DNA of 64,000 nt from Eledone cirrhosa (GCA_964016885.1 OZ024747.1:28458001-28522000), one strand, 5' to 3'. Positions 1 to 13,898 are shown, numbered from the stretch's first letter. The notes: generated by a model from the letters alone, not told the origin. Program-made: numbers and translations.

Positions 1-740
1 ACTCTTCACTATATTCGTTGTTAATTCTAACCTTGCTGACTGTTTCTTTATACATGGCTTGTATAGCTCTCACAAGCCATTCGTCAACAGCTAGTTTTCT
101 AAGAGCCCACCAGATAATGGAACGGGGGACTCTGTCGAAGGCTTTCTCCAGGTCAACAAAAGCTAAGTATAGGGGTTTACTTTTAGCTAGGTACTTCTCC
201 TGTAGTTGTCGTACAATGAAAAGAGCGTCTGTGGTACTTTTGCCTGACACAAACCCAAACTGCATTTCATCTAGATCGATTCTCTCTCTGATTAGTTGCG
301 CTATTACTTTTTCCGTGACCTTCATGACCTGGTCGATTAATGTAATGCCTCTATAGTTACTCCTATCTAGGGCATTCCCTTTACCCTTGTAACAGTTAAT
401 GATGATGCTGCTACGCCAGTCCTTCAGAACAACCCCATTCTGTATGACTTGGTTTACTATCCGGGTGACCATGGTGTGTCCCACCGTTCCAGAGGCTTTC
501 AGCATCTCAGCAACTATTTCCGAAGGCCCAGCCGCCTTACCCGTCTTCATATCTTTGATTGCCTTACTTATTATACTACCTTCGACTAACACTGCTGGTC
601 CCTCTATTGGGTCGATGTGGGGGAGACTGTCTTTCTCCCATTTATTCTCCTCATTTAGAAGCCGTTCGTAGTAACACTTCCAAGCTACCTTCTCATCAGC
701 GTCAGTGATGGCAAGTACACCATCATCATTAAGTACACAC
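1..740 (-). mobile_element. RTE-clade LINE, 5'-truncated RT fragment (open frame runs off the window)
   Basis: Minus strand translates without stops: KTGKAAGPSEIVAEMLK..NYRGITLIDQVMKV..QFGFVSGKSTTDALFIVRQLQEKY..AFVDLEKAFDRVPR; homologous to the LINE at 11943-13358. Confidence 0.92.
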
Positions 741-747
741 ATATATA

Positions 748-1025
748 TAACAAAGAAGGTGTGGTAAGATACCAGGTGGACCATAATGCACCAGAGTACT
801 CAATACTTAGGGTAGTAGAGTGGGTAATAGGAAAAGAGTCAGGATCCCGACGGCTGAGCTCCGGCTGTTTCAACAGCTAGATCAGAACAGCTGTCGAAAC
901 AGCCAGAGTTCAACCCCGGTTAGTTTGGATTTTATATCCAATACAGCGTAAGTACATCTTACTACCTAATTTGCAAATTCGCTAGTCTTTTGTAAACAAA
1001 GCCTGCTTTGTGTCTCCCTATTTAT
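748..1025. mobile_element. Non-coding (TA)n-flanked repeat, family G, with internal hairpin 847-919
   Basis: 750-915 matches the reverse complement of 16497-16688; 941-1025 is repeated at 1511-1595. Confidence 0.6.
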
Positions 1026-1026
1026 A

Positions 1027-1305
1027 TCATCATCATCATCATTATAGTTTAACGACTATCTTCCACGCTAGCATGGGTTAAACGGGAGTTGTCCCACTTG
1101 AGGCAAGATTGGTCGGGTGACCGCGTCTCGCTCGTATAGGACTATCTGGCAGGTTAGTAGTATAATACTGCATGCCGCCAAAGATCCAGTGGCATTGTCT
1201 TAGAGATGTGCAAGTGTGCAAGGTCAGACTTTATCATGTCGTCCCAGGTTTTTCTTGGTCTACCTACTCCATAACTTCCCTCAATTTTGATCGCCCTGCA
1301 CCTTT
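1027..1305 (-). mobile_element. RTE-type 3' tail with (GAT)n end plus RTE C-terminal fragment
   Basis: 1027-1152 matches 7836-7960 and 43060-43185; 1154-1305 encodes GRPRKTWDDMIKSDL. Confidence 0.75.
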
Positions 1306-1369
1306 TTATATATATATATATACCTGCTATGGTTATATAGCATGTAATTGAATGGAAGGAAGTATGGGT

Positions 1370-1440
1370 GGCGTGTTGGTGTAATGGTAACACATTGGTC
1401 CGGCAAACCAAAGATGTGGGTTTGTGTCCCATGTACATCA
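1370..1440 (+). pseudogene. tRNA-like cloverleaf (GGC at the anticodon position), degenerate acceptor stem and T-loop
   Basis: D arm GTGT/ACAC around AATGGTA; anticodon stem TTGGT/ACCAA; T stem GTGGG/CCCAT; T6 run at 1451-1456. Confidence 0.55.
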
Positions 1441-1619
1441 ATACTCATCCTTTTTTCCATTCAGAGGTTTTTTTAAAATCCCAACTAACAGACTAATTCT
1501 ATTTAGTCAAATACAGCATAAGCACATGTTATTACCTAATTTTCAAATTCGCTAGCCATTTGTAAACAACGCCTGCTTTGTGTCTCCCTATTTATACACA
1601 CATATATATATATATATTA

Positions 1620-2307
1620 TCTATATATAATATAAAAGAGAGATGTTTATTGGTTGGTTGGTTGAATCACATGAAAACTACACACACCCACCTAAAGAGA
1701 GAGAGAGCCACAGAGGGACAAGCAGAAAGAGAGAGATAGGCCATTATACAGAGAGAGATACAATTAAAGTGTTAGATATTCAGAGAGAGAGAGTGACATC
1801 CCACAAAAGTCTAGAATTGGCTTAAACTATAGATCAAAGTATCAGTTGAAGGTTTAATATATTTTATAAAGTCATTTTACAGTCTGTGATTTTACAGAAC
1901 AAAGAAAAATTGATACTATTTGAAATTAATCTACCCTCCAGCTTTTATCCATATACTACTCACAGACCGTACTAACGAAGCTAAACCCTTCAGAAGCAAC
2001 GTTATGCGGTATATTGCTGTGTTTCAGATGACGTCCTTTGGAGCTGAAAAAGATCATACTGACTATGGTTATTTCACAACATTTAAAATCCAAGGCCAAC
2101 ACTACCATTTAATCGGCAGTTTTTACTCCCCCAGCTTAATAAGAAAGTTTTATGATTGTGTTTTTTATGTCTCTCTCACACACACTTACACACACACACT
2201 CATTACGGTTTCATCTCATACCAGACAACACATCCAAAACAGTTGTTTTCCCTTTTATCCATTTTCTCTTAACTGTTCTCCTGGGCGAAGCCGGGTACCT
2301 CAGCTAG
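1620..2307 (+). mobile_element. Non-autonomous Helitron with Rep fragment
   Basis: 5' A|TC start; 3' hairpin CCTGGGCGAAGCCGGG followed by CTAG|T; internal FQMTSFGA..TFKIQGQHYHLIGS resembles Helitron Rep/Hel N-terminal motifs. Confidence 0.85.
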
Positions 2308-3360
2308 TATATTAAGAAAATAACAAACAGTAGAAAATGCTAATAGAATTTTATCATGGAGAAACAGTAAAACATTTTTTTAAATTTTGACTTCCTCATG
2401 CTAGAAAATATACATATATGAAGAAGAAGAAGAAGAAGAAGAAGGTGTAATAGTAATAATAGGGGTATAGAAAAGGAAGATGAAGGGATAAAGAAAAGGA
2501 AGAAGGAAAAGAAGGAGAAGTAGAAGAAGACGACGGGGAAGGTGTGGTATTATTATTATTATTAGTAGTAGTAGTAGTAGAAGCCGTCCGTCAGGGTTTT
2601 GGCAAAAATTTCTAGCTGGATGCTCTTCGTATCACCAACCACTTTACAGTGTAGAAAGGGTGTATTTTATCATGACACCAGCACTAGAGAGTTTGTCAGA
2701 CAGAACTTATAGGTCCTCTCAACTTGCATCAGTAACTGCTCTCTATGATGGGTTGTCTTCACAATGGTTTACAGAACACATGTCTACCCCTTGCAGTCAT
2801 ATTTAAAAGTAATTCTTCTCCTCGACAAGTTGCCTTTGCTGCAGCTAATGGAGCCCTCATCTATCACTTGCAGGCTTATTTATTCAGAGTAACTGCTCTG
2901 TTAGACAAGCTGTGTTCCTTGTGAGTTACAGAGCTTATTTCTACCCTGTGCAGTCATATTTATTTGGAGTGACTGCCCTCCTAGATGGCTTAGGGAGTCA
3001 CTGACCATCCCAGAGACACACACATGCATGCATATATGAAGATTAACTGCTCAGGACATAGTAATACATTTATATATGGTTATTTTTGAAGCAGTTAGTT
3101 GGGTGGCTTTATAGCAAGATTATGAGTTCAGTTAGTCACCAGAAGTTCAGGTATAAAGCATGAACAGGGAGTGGAGGATGGCCTTCAGCAAGGAAGCAGA
3201 GGAAGAGTGGGGAGTGGGATATTATGTTAGTTGATATGCAGTTTTGTGACTTTGGCATCCAAATTGTTTTTAGATAAAAATATATCATATAATATTTCTA
3301 GAAAATTAAAATTTATTATTATAAATGTCATCATTTTTATTATTATTATTATTATTAAGA

Positions 3361-3582
3361 AGGTGGTGGATTGGCAGTATTGGTAGAGCATCAGACAACA
3401 TTCTTTGTGGTGTATGATTACAGTCCTTTACGTTCTGAGTTCAAATCCCACCAAGATTAGCTTCACCTTTCATCCTTATGATGTTGATAAGATAAAGAAC
3501 CAGTAATGCACTGGGGACAATTTATTCAATTTACCCCTTCCTTCAAATTGCTGGCCTTGTGCCAAATGTAGAAACAGTTATT
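3361..3582 (+). mobile_element. tRNA-derived SINE (GCCTTTCATCC..GATAAAATAAAGTACCAG core family)
   Basis: A box TGGCAGTATTGG, B box GAGTTCAAATCC, shared core; more than 10 copies in the window. Confidence 0.85.
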
Positions 3583-3714
3583 TATTATAATTAGAATTTC
3601 AAAGGCAATTGCTAAATGTGCTTAACTTGAACTATAGTTTCTGGCATTGCACTCTAATACCTGCACATATATATGCACACACACACACAATTATATATAT
3701 ACATACATATATAT

Positions 3715-4578
3715 GTAAATATCTTTAAGTCGTTTGGAAGCCTCGACAATGCAAATGGGTAAATCTCCGGGTAACAAGATCCGGTGGTGGAGAGAGAGAT
3801 GTAAGTGGGTGTACGTTGAGATGCGTGGTGTGTATAAGATGTGTAGAGGAATGAAGTAAAGAGTATAAAGGATAAAATAAAAATAACAACACGAGAGAGA
3901 GTTACCTTGGGAGAGATTTAATTGTCCCTATATATTTCGGATTCACATCCATCAACTGGGGTTTTTTCCGGGGTGGGGGAAAGGTTGTCTGTCGGAAAGG
4001 TGCGAAACGCGTCCTCCGCTGTTTGTTGTTTTGAATATCTGAGGTATTCAGCAGAGCGCGCGTGCGCGTGAAATGGGGTCGGTCGGGCAGAGGTCAGCGG
4101 CCGAATGAGGGAGTGGGGTGGCGCTAGCTGTCAGTCTATTCTCTGCTTGTTTGTTAAATGTTACTGTGTGAGTGTGTGCGTGTGTTGTTGTCTCGCTTGA
4201 GTGTGTGTGTGCGTGGGTTGTTGCCTTGTTCCTCTGTATTGGTAGTGTAGTATATTCGTATGGTGGAATGCTACTGTGTGTAAAAAAAACCCAGTTGATG
4301 GATGTGAATCCGAAATATATAGGGACAATTAAATCTCTCCCAAGGTAACTCTCTCTCGTGTTGTTATTTTTATTTTATCCTTCATACTCTTTCCTTCATT
4401 CTTCTACACGTCTTATACACACCACGCATCTCAACGTACACCCACTTACATCTCTCTCTCCACCACCGGATCTTGTTACCCGGAGATTTACCCATTTGCA
4501 TTGTCGAGGCTTCCAAACGACTTAAAGATATTTACTTATTATTCCACAATGCTTCAAGCAAACTTCAATACTCTCTTA

Positions 4579-4582
<4 letters not shown>
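3715..4582. mobile_element. PLE pseudo-LTR pair, family D, inverted arms 3715-3967 / 4284-4535 plus ~47-nt tail
   Basis: ~250-bp near-perfect inverted repeat between (TA)n tracts; hammerhead-like fold in each arm. Confidence 0.7.
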
Positions 4583-4618
<36 letters not shown>

Positions 4619-4813
4619 ATACTTGGGGAGGGTCATATTTGTGTAATATTGCCAGAATTAATAACAGAACACACTCACTGTTTGGTTGGTTTTCGCTTCT
4701 CGCTGTCTTTTATATCGGTAATCTAACTTACTCGGTCCTCAATGTTGCCATTGACTGACCGACGGTCAAAAATAATACAGATACAATATAGACACAAACA
4801 CATATATATAGTT

Positions 4814-4857
4814 TATCATAAATCTTTCGTTGCACATCTGCAACATCGTCAGTGGTG
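4814..4857 (-). ncRNA. Minimal hammerhead ribozyme motif (family A), weak stem I
   Basis: CTGACGA-T-GTTGCA gatg TGCAAC-GAAA-GATT-TA. Confidence 0.65.
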
Positions 4858-5093
4858 TTATATTTTCCTCCTGTTGTGTTGTATGTCTACGCCATTTTTA
4901 TTCAGTCTGTCTATATATTTATTTATTTATTTGCTTGTTTGTTTATTTTATTTTGTCTTCTTTGCGCATGCGTTTGCGTGTGTGTATAGTGTTGTTTGTT
5001 GTGTGATGGGTGACTAGTGTGTGTTTATGTGCTTGTTGTTATTGTGCTTGTGTATGTATTTATTTATTTATTTATCTTATTTTATTTACTTAT

Positions 5094-6051
5094 TTATACT
5101 TCTCTTAGGTCAGTGTTGTTTGTTTGGGTGTTGTTGTTATTCCATTCATTCTTTCTGTTTAGCCTTGGTCTTCTAATTTCTATTTCACTGGCCTCTCTGA
5201 TTTGCCTATCTGCTGGGTCATTTCTGTGTTTAGATATTATTCTAATTTCTATGTTGTCTATGTTACCGTCATGTTGTTGTCTAGCATGTTCGTATAGTAC
5301 TGACCCGTTTTTTCGTCCTTTTAGTTCCCCCCACTGTTGGTCTATCCTTTCACCTATGCTACGAGCTGTCTCACCTATGTATGTAGTTGTCATGTTTCTG
5401 CAAGTACCCTCTGTACATCTTATGCTATAGATTACGTTTCTAGTTTTACAGTTTATCCGGGGGTTCACCTTACATATGATACATTTCCTATTGGTACAGT
5501 GGGTTTTCTTAAAAGGGTAGGTTTTGCTGATTAGGGATTTTATGGTGGTTCCTGGCTTTTCTACCACCTTTATTTTTAAGTGGGTCTTTCTCAGGGCCTT
5601 TCTACATTGGTTAGCTAATTTCCCTCCAGGGGTGGCGTCCACAAACATGACACTCTGGTATCTCTGGTTGTCGTACCATGAGGTGGCTTTCCCTATCTTA
5701 TGTCTAGCCCTATCTAAGCTATTCCATGATTTTCTCCTGTATAATGGGCAAATTCCATTCATGTCCAGTTCTATGAGGGTCTTATACTTTTCCATGGCTC
5801 CTTCGTATACTCTGACTCTGTCTCTTTGGTTGTAGCCAGAGAACTGCATGCGGTTGATGAAGTGTTGGATGTGTCTTTCCATTTCTGTTGGGTCGCACAT
5901 GCGGGACACATTCTTCATCACTCGTACCAAATCTGCGATCAGAATATTAAACTTAGCACTACTGGACATTGCTGAGTTTTTGAGTATCAGGTATTTGGAG
6001 GCCATGGGTTTAGCATAGTGTGAGTGGAGAATTTGGGCTCTCTCGTCTATA
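5094..6051 (-). CDS. PLE RT thumb + Cys linker + GIY-YIG endonuclease (5'-truncated, open frame)
   Basis: CTNRKCIIC linker; NVIYSIRC..TYIGETARSIGERI..EASEI..LNRKNEW. Confidence 0.88.
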
Positions 6052-7227
6052 CTCATCATGTACTCTCGTTATGTAGACGATATCAATATAGTTATAAGAA
6101 CACCCCCACTAGAGAGCACTAACAAGTTTGATTTAGAACGTAGCACGATGGAAAGCATCCAGCAGATAGCTAATTCCATACACCAGAGTATAACTGTAAC
6201 TGTCGACTTCCCTTCCAAACACCCTAACAATAGACTACCTGTATTAGACACAGAACTCTGGATTAACACTATAGACGAGAGAGCCCAAATTCTCCACTCA
6301 CACTATGCTAAACCCATGGCCTCCAAATACCTGATACTCAAAAACTCAGCAGTGTCCAGTAGTGCTAAGTTTAATATTCTGATCGCAGATTTGGTACGAG
6401 TGATGAAGAATGTGTCCCGCATGTGCGACCCAACAGAAATGGAAAGACACATCCAACACTTCATCAACCGCATGCAGTTCTCTGGCTACAACCAAAGAGA
6501 CAGAGTCAGAGTATACGAAGGAGCCATGGAAAAGTATAAGACCCTCATAGAACTGGACATGAATGGAATTTGCCCATTATACAGGAGCAAATCATGGAAT
6601 AGCTTAGATAGGGCTAGACATATGATAGGGAAAGCCACCTCATGGTACGACAACCAGAGATACCAGAGTGTCATGTTTGTGGACGCCACCCCTGGAGGGA
6701 AATTAGCTAACCAGTGTAGAAAGGCCCTGAGAAAGACCCACTTAAAAATAAAGGTGGTAGAAAAGCCAGGAACCACCATAAAATCCCTAATCAGCAAAAC
6801 CTACCCTTTTAAGAAAACCCACTGTACCAATAGGAAATGTATCATATGTAAGGTGAACCCCCGGATAAACTGTAAAACTAGAAACGTAGTCTATAGCATA
6901 AGATGTACAGAGGGTACTTGCAGAAACATGACAACTACATACATAGGTGAGACAGCTCGTAGCATAGGTGAAAGGATAGACCAACAGTGGGGGGAACTAA
7001 AAGGACGAAAAAAACGGGTCAGTACTATACGAACATGCTAGACAACAACATGACGGTAACATAGACAACATAGAAATTAGAATAATATCTAAACACAGAA
7101 ATGACCCAGCAGATAGGCAAATCAGAGAGGCCAGTGAAATAGAAATTAGAAGACCAAGGCTAAACAGAAAGAATGAATGGAATAACAACACCCAAACAAA
7201 CAACACTGACCTAAGAGAAGTATAAAT
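6052..7227 (+). pseudogene. PLE RT (YVDD) + GIY-YIG, 5'-truncated, +1 frameshift
   Basis: YSRYVDD..LPVLDTELW; A7 run at 7008-7014 versus 6 in the left arm shifts the frame inside the endonuclease. Confidence 0.88.
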
Positions 7228-7461
7228 AAGTAAATAAAATAAGATAAATAAATAAATAAATACATACACAAGCACAATAACAACAAGCACATAAACACAC
7301 ACTAGTCACCCATCACATAGCAAACAACACTATACACACACGCAAACGCATGCGCAAAGAAGACAAAATAAAATAAACAAACAAGCAAATAAATAAATAA
7401 ATATATAGATAGACTGAATAAAAATGGCGTAGACATACAACACAACAGGAGGAAAATATAA

Positions 7462-7505
7462 CACCACTGACGATGTTGCAGATGTGCAACGAAAGATTTA
7501 TGATA
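7462..7505 (+). ncRNA. Minimal hammerhead ribozyme motif (family A), weak stem I
   Basis: Same motif as 4814-4857, in the sense of the ORF. Confidence 0.65.
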
Positions 7506-7762
7506 AACTATATATATGTGTTTGTGTCTATATTGTATCTGTATTATTTTTGACCGTCGGTCAGTCAATGGCAACATTGAGGACCAAGTAAGTTAGATTA
7601 CCGATATAAAAGACAGCGAGAAGCGAAAACCAACCAAACAGTGAGTGTGTTCTGTTATTAATTCTGGCAATATTACACAAATATGACCCTCCCCAAGTAT
7701 AACAATATTTGTTTCGACACACGATTTCATATAAAAAACCTCGCAAAACTAATTCATCGCCG

Positions 7763-7835
<73 letters not shown>

Positions 7836-7838
<3 letters not shown>

Positions 7839-7969
7839 TCATCGTTCAACATATATTTTCCACGCTACCATGGGTTAGACGGGAATTGTCCCACTTGAGG
7901 CAAGATTGATCGGGTGACCGTGTCTCGCTTGTATAGGACTGTATCAGGTAGGTTTTCTACGGCTGGATG

Positions 7970-7972
<3 letters not shown>
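7836..7972 (-). mobile_element. SINE/LINE 3' end with RTE-type tail
   Basis: Matches 1027-1152; contains the GGCATCCAGCCGTAGAAAACC motif on the minus strand. Confidence 0.75.
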
Positions 7973-8061
<89 letters not shown>

Positions 8062-8089
8062 TGTACATATATATTTAGTGGCAAAGGTT

Positions 8090-8560
8090 GATGAATCTGG
8101 AGAATGAGTGACAGAAAAGATCCTACCACCAGTTGACTTAATAGAGGGGCCAGCTTTTGATCGACAAAGAAGCAATCAGGGAAATGAAAAGTGGAAAAGC
8201 AGCTTGAAAATCATTTGATGAAGTAGGAGTCAAGATTGACACTCACAGAAGTCCATAAGGAAATTGGAGGTAGATGAATGGCTTTGGAGAGCAGTGCAAA
8301 CCATATACACAGGTGCAGAAAACAATGTGAGAGTAGGTAATGAGTTTAGTAAGGAATTTAATGTACAGTTAGATGTATATCAAAGCTCAGTCCTCGGCCG
8401 TCTTATGTTTATCAGTTCTTCTGGCCATAATAGACGAGTTTAAAACTGGCTGTCCATGGGAACATTTGTATGCTAAATCTGTGGAGAGCTACAAAAGAAC
8501 TTCCCGTGGAAATGGGGCTTAGAATAAAAAGGAATCAGAGTAAACCTAGCAAAGACCTCC
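8090..8560 (+). mobile_element. Degenerate RTE LINE RT fragments
   Basis: RKLEVDEWLWRAVQTIY..FKTGCPWE, with stops and deletions. Confidence 0.8.
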
Positions 8561-8691
8561 AATCCTCTCAAAAGCCATACTATAATTCCTGGAGATCAAA
8601 CAAACTGACCTGGTGTGTGTTGTAAATTATTCTATTCTATGGTTAGTTGAAACATATTGTAGTTAGTGTTATGGCTCATTCCCTCTTGCCA

Positions 8692-8729
<38 letters not shown>

Positions 8730-8780
8730 TCACAGCTGATATATATTCACAATACTGGACGGACGTATACAAATATATAA

Positions 8781-8853
<73 letters not shown>

Positions 8854-9194
8854 CGCGCGCGCGCGCGCGTGCGCGCATGTGTGTGTATGTGTGCGTGATT
8901 TCACAATAAACGCATTCAGTATGTGCTGTTAAGTGGTTGGTGATAAGGAAGGGCATCCAGCCATAGAAAGCCTGTCAAATAAAAGGTTGGCAGGATGCTT
9001 CAGCTGTGTGAAAGACATAGCAACCTCCCTAATGCACTCATGATAAAATGCAGTCAGTAGAATGCAGTATTATATATAAGTGTGATGGAGTCCCCCAGCC
9101 TATCTGAGGGGTCAGTAACCTTGCTTGAGTAGTGGTTTAGCTTGTGAAGATTTATTGCTAGCAGAGAAAATAGATGTTAAATGATAATGATGAT

Positions 9195-9580
9195 TATAAG
9201 TATGTACACGTACACACATATATGTATACAGACGTACAGTAGTATGTATATATATATACATACATGCACACACATATATATATGTACGTATGGATTCACC
9301 GAACATTTATTATAATGCTCGGTGTGTTTGTAAACAAACATCCCGTATTAAGCCGTAGTTGCTCGTTTGTTCAACACTGACAAAGGAACGCTGTACTAGT
9401 TTCAAGCTTATTAGCTATCGTCAGCAACGTATACCTTCCTGCCAGATTGTTGAACGTATATACTTACCTTATGCATATTAACGGCTGAGTAGCCCAATTT
9501 GCATATCGAGTGGGTTAATCGGCCGGGTGCACCGAAAACGATAAACGGAAAAAATGAAACGAAATTTCATTTCCCACTCT
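9195..9580 (-). mobile_element. Non-coding HHR-containing unit, family F (diverged relative of 27370-27924)
   Basis: Same motif order as 27370-27797: TGTAAACAAACA, HHR, ATTTGCATA, GCACCG, AAACGATAAA..GAAACGAAATT. Confidence 0.65.
9388..9430 (-). ncRNA. Type I minimal hammerhead ribozyme
   Basis: ACGTTG-CTGACGA-TAGCT aata AGCTT-GAAA-CTAG-TA-CAGCGT (GUA site). Confidence 0.8.
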
Positions 9581-9779
9581 TAGTACAGCTGTTACTTAAA
9601 TTCATTGCAGAACCTTTAGTTTCATGATCTGACAGTATTACATTAGAGCAATTGATGTTTGTCAGCCATATCATCAACTGTAAAAAACATGTCTGAACGA
9701 GATTTGGTGAAAAGGATCACAAAAAGTATGTGAGTGGCCAAAACATTTATAATTGGTGTAGGGGAGATAACTCTAAGAA

Positions 9780-11260
9780 TAAAATTATTTACTTAAAGCC
9801 TCTACTTCGGAAGATAAGTAAATATTTAAGTTCCAGAATTATGTTGGGTGTATCGTGAAGGAGAAATTGAGATAAGATGGAGAAGGTAATGGGGGATTAT
9901 ATAGGTGTTGTGTTCATGGTGAGCGGTATATGTCAAACTGTTCTCCAACATAGTTCAGCATTTATAAAGCATGAAGTGTTGAGAGAATTGTGAGAGACCC
10001 TGAGGATGTAGGTTATCTTTACACTGGGTTTTGTAGGTTGTATGACTAGGGGATGTCATTTCCATGATGAGTGCAAGTACTTTTGAGATGCGAACAGCTC
10101 CTGAAAATCTCATTTTTGGAGTTGAGTTATTCATTAGAAGATTTTAATCACTGGAGTATTTTGTTTTTTTCACGCGTAGAAAGTTCACATTACTTTGATC
10201 CATTTTTATATGGACTGGGCTCTTCCAGTATTCTTCATTTTGTCACATACGTCTGTCTTTCAAATTCTAAACATGTTTCACTCAAGTAGTAGCTGTTTTA
10301 CATTTCAGGGTGTCTGAAGTACCAGACATTTGAGTAATATCTTTGCTTGAACCTGCTTTGTATGATACCCGCATATATTTTCCTGCCCACTTCTTGGATG
10401 GTGTTCAGGTTCATATATTATTGACTTTATATTACAAGCCTGCTGAAAAAGGCATATATTCTTTATCCTGCAAAGAGCCTCCAGGTTTTTCTCTGTCTTG
10501 CAATTATTATTGGCTTCATGGAAGGGTCACATAAATATTAAAACCTGTGGTGAACTCTAAAGTGTTAACTAATAGTGGCCTAAAAATCAAGGGGTAAAAG
10601 TCCATTACACCAAACTGTGAATCTAGCTTTGTCTTTGGGGGATATTTTTGAACCAAGATATTACAGAAGTTATGTCAGAGATTTGTATTTTTCTTACATT
10701 AATATCTCTTAATATTTTCTTATTGGCTAGTCCTAATTCAGTTTCGGTAGGTTTCAGTAATTTACATCTGGGTCTGTCACTGAAGTTAGCCTTGTGGTCC
10801 TTCAGATTAATAAAGGCTTCAGCATTTGGTTAGGCATTTAACTCTCATATCAATTTTTAATTTTCTAGTAATAAACTTACTTTCATCATTGGTAATATTA
10901 TCTAGGATTAGTTTTTTGCATCTATGATTATCAGTCTTATACCAAGTCTTAGTCTTATAAGAGAAAGCATATATGTTACTACAAGATTAACATTTTTTGT
11001 CATTGGAGAGGTTATTTTGAAAGAGGTTTTAATACTTACAGAAATTTAATATTGAATATCATGTTTTAAGGTGTTAAATGTTTAAGTCTATTGGGGATAC
11101 TTATGAGATTTTGTATTAAAATGTTAGTGGCTTTGGTGGCAATTATAGGACTTCCCATCTCAATCCTCATACAAAATCTTCCACTTATTTAGTAGAATTT
11201 TGAAATAGAGGTTGTTTGTTTATGTAGGGATGTTTTTAGTAGTCTATTTCAGACATGTCC
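9780..11260 (-). mobile_element. Old degenerate Penelope-like RT/GIY-YIG remnant
   Basis: QFGVMDFYPLI (RT motif) at ~10587-10619 and SPYKNG (EN C-terminal region) at ~10202-10219; many stops. Confidence 0.65.

Positions 11261-11262
<2 letters not shown>

Positions 11263-11346
<84 letters not shown>
11263..11346. repeat. (GA)n microsatellite
   Basis: Pure GA run. Confidence 0.95.
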
Positions 11347-11353
<7 letters not shown>

Positions 11354-11369
11354 TGATATTTTTACTTAC

Positions 11370-11465
11370 ATAATAGTTTCAGTGATCAGACGGTATGGTA
11401 TTGTGGATGCCAAATTATATAAATAGCCAAACATGAGCAAGGTGAAGATATCCAGCCAAAGATAC
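11370..11465 (-). CDS. SLC18B1: SLC18B1-like paralog 2, coding exon 10 (last one found)
   Basis: cag|..|gtaagt, 96 bp, phase 2-2; YLWLDIFTLLMFGYLYNLASTIPYRLITETI; same size and phase as paralog 1 exon 56326-56421. Confidence 0.8.
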
Positions 11466-11876
11466 CTGCAATATAACAAAATTGAGAATGTTGCAAAATC
11501 CTATATATACAGGGCGAAACAGATTAAATCTCTAATCCAATGCAACAGATCTCTCAGGAGATGTAATAGTTATTGAGACGGTCTGTATATTTTCTGTATT
11601 TTCCGTTTGCTCTGGTTAAATTTCTCAAACCAACGTGGTATTTCAACCCTCGTAATTTTAGACACAAGATTTACTGTGTTTATTACTACATATATTATTG
11701 TATATATATGTCAAGTTTAATATAGAAATGGCTTCAATAGGACTAGAATTGTTTTATTCAGAAGAAATCATAAGTCCTCTTTAAGTCATTTCTATATTAA
11801 ACTTTATGTTTATATTCTACTAATATATTGAGTACCTTACTAACTGTGGTTATCCCAATTCAACCCAGGACTTATA

Positions 11877-13458
<1,582 letters not shown>

Positions 13459-13627
13459 ATTAATAAAAGGAATTCCAACTTTGTCTGATTTACTCGTTTT
13501 ATTTACAATCCTTTAAAATGTATATATATATATATATATAATTTATATATATATATTTATATATATATATATATAATATATATATATATAATATATATAT
13601 ATATATTATATAAAATTTATATATATA

Positions 13628-13689
<62 letters not shown>

Positions 13690-13714
13690 TGTAATAAACA
13701 ACATAAGTTAATTA

Positions 13715-13775
13715 TTTCATTTACCAGTGGTTTCTTGAAAGCAAACAAAATTTGCTTTCAGTCATCAGAATGAAA
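13715..13775 (-). ncRNA. Type I hammerhead ribozyme (family B)
   Basis: TTTCATT-CTGATGA-CTGAAAGCAAA tttt GTTTGCTTTCAA-GAAA-CCACTGG-TA-AATGAAA. Confidence 0.85.
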
Positions 13776-13898
13776 AAATCCTGGTGTATTTATTGACAGT
13801 GGATTTTAAAAACAAAAATATAATCTATATGAAAGTGAGGCTGGAAAAGGAAGAAGGAAAGGAAACAGAATAAATATAAAAATAGATAAACACATATG

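Larger units (their letters stand above)
4612..7763. mobile_element. Penelope-like element family A, head-to-head arms 4612-6051 (-) and 6052-7763 (+)
   Basis: ~1.44-kb near-identical inverted repeat, RT C-terminus plus GIY-YIG, HHR in each arm, (TA)n on both flanks. Confidence 0.95.

Noticed and set aside
18-671. Plus-strand ORFs 18-356 and 399-671 (and similar ORFs opposite other LINE/PLE frames)
   Set aside because: Antisense shadows of retroelement coding frames
4004-4013. GAAACGCGTC, a classic PLE HHR 3' half
   Set aside because: No CUGANGA or stem II upstream; antisense to the element
9568-9678. Possible terminal exon of paralog 2 (tttacag|LMIWLTNINC..)
   Set aside because: The intervening 75- and 94-bp exons were not found between it and 11370; it overlaps repeat sequence and lacks similarity to paralog 1
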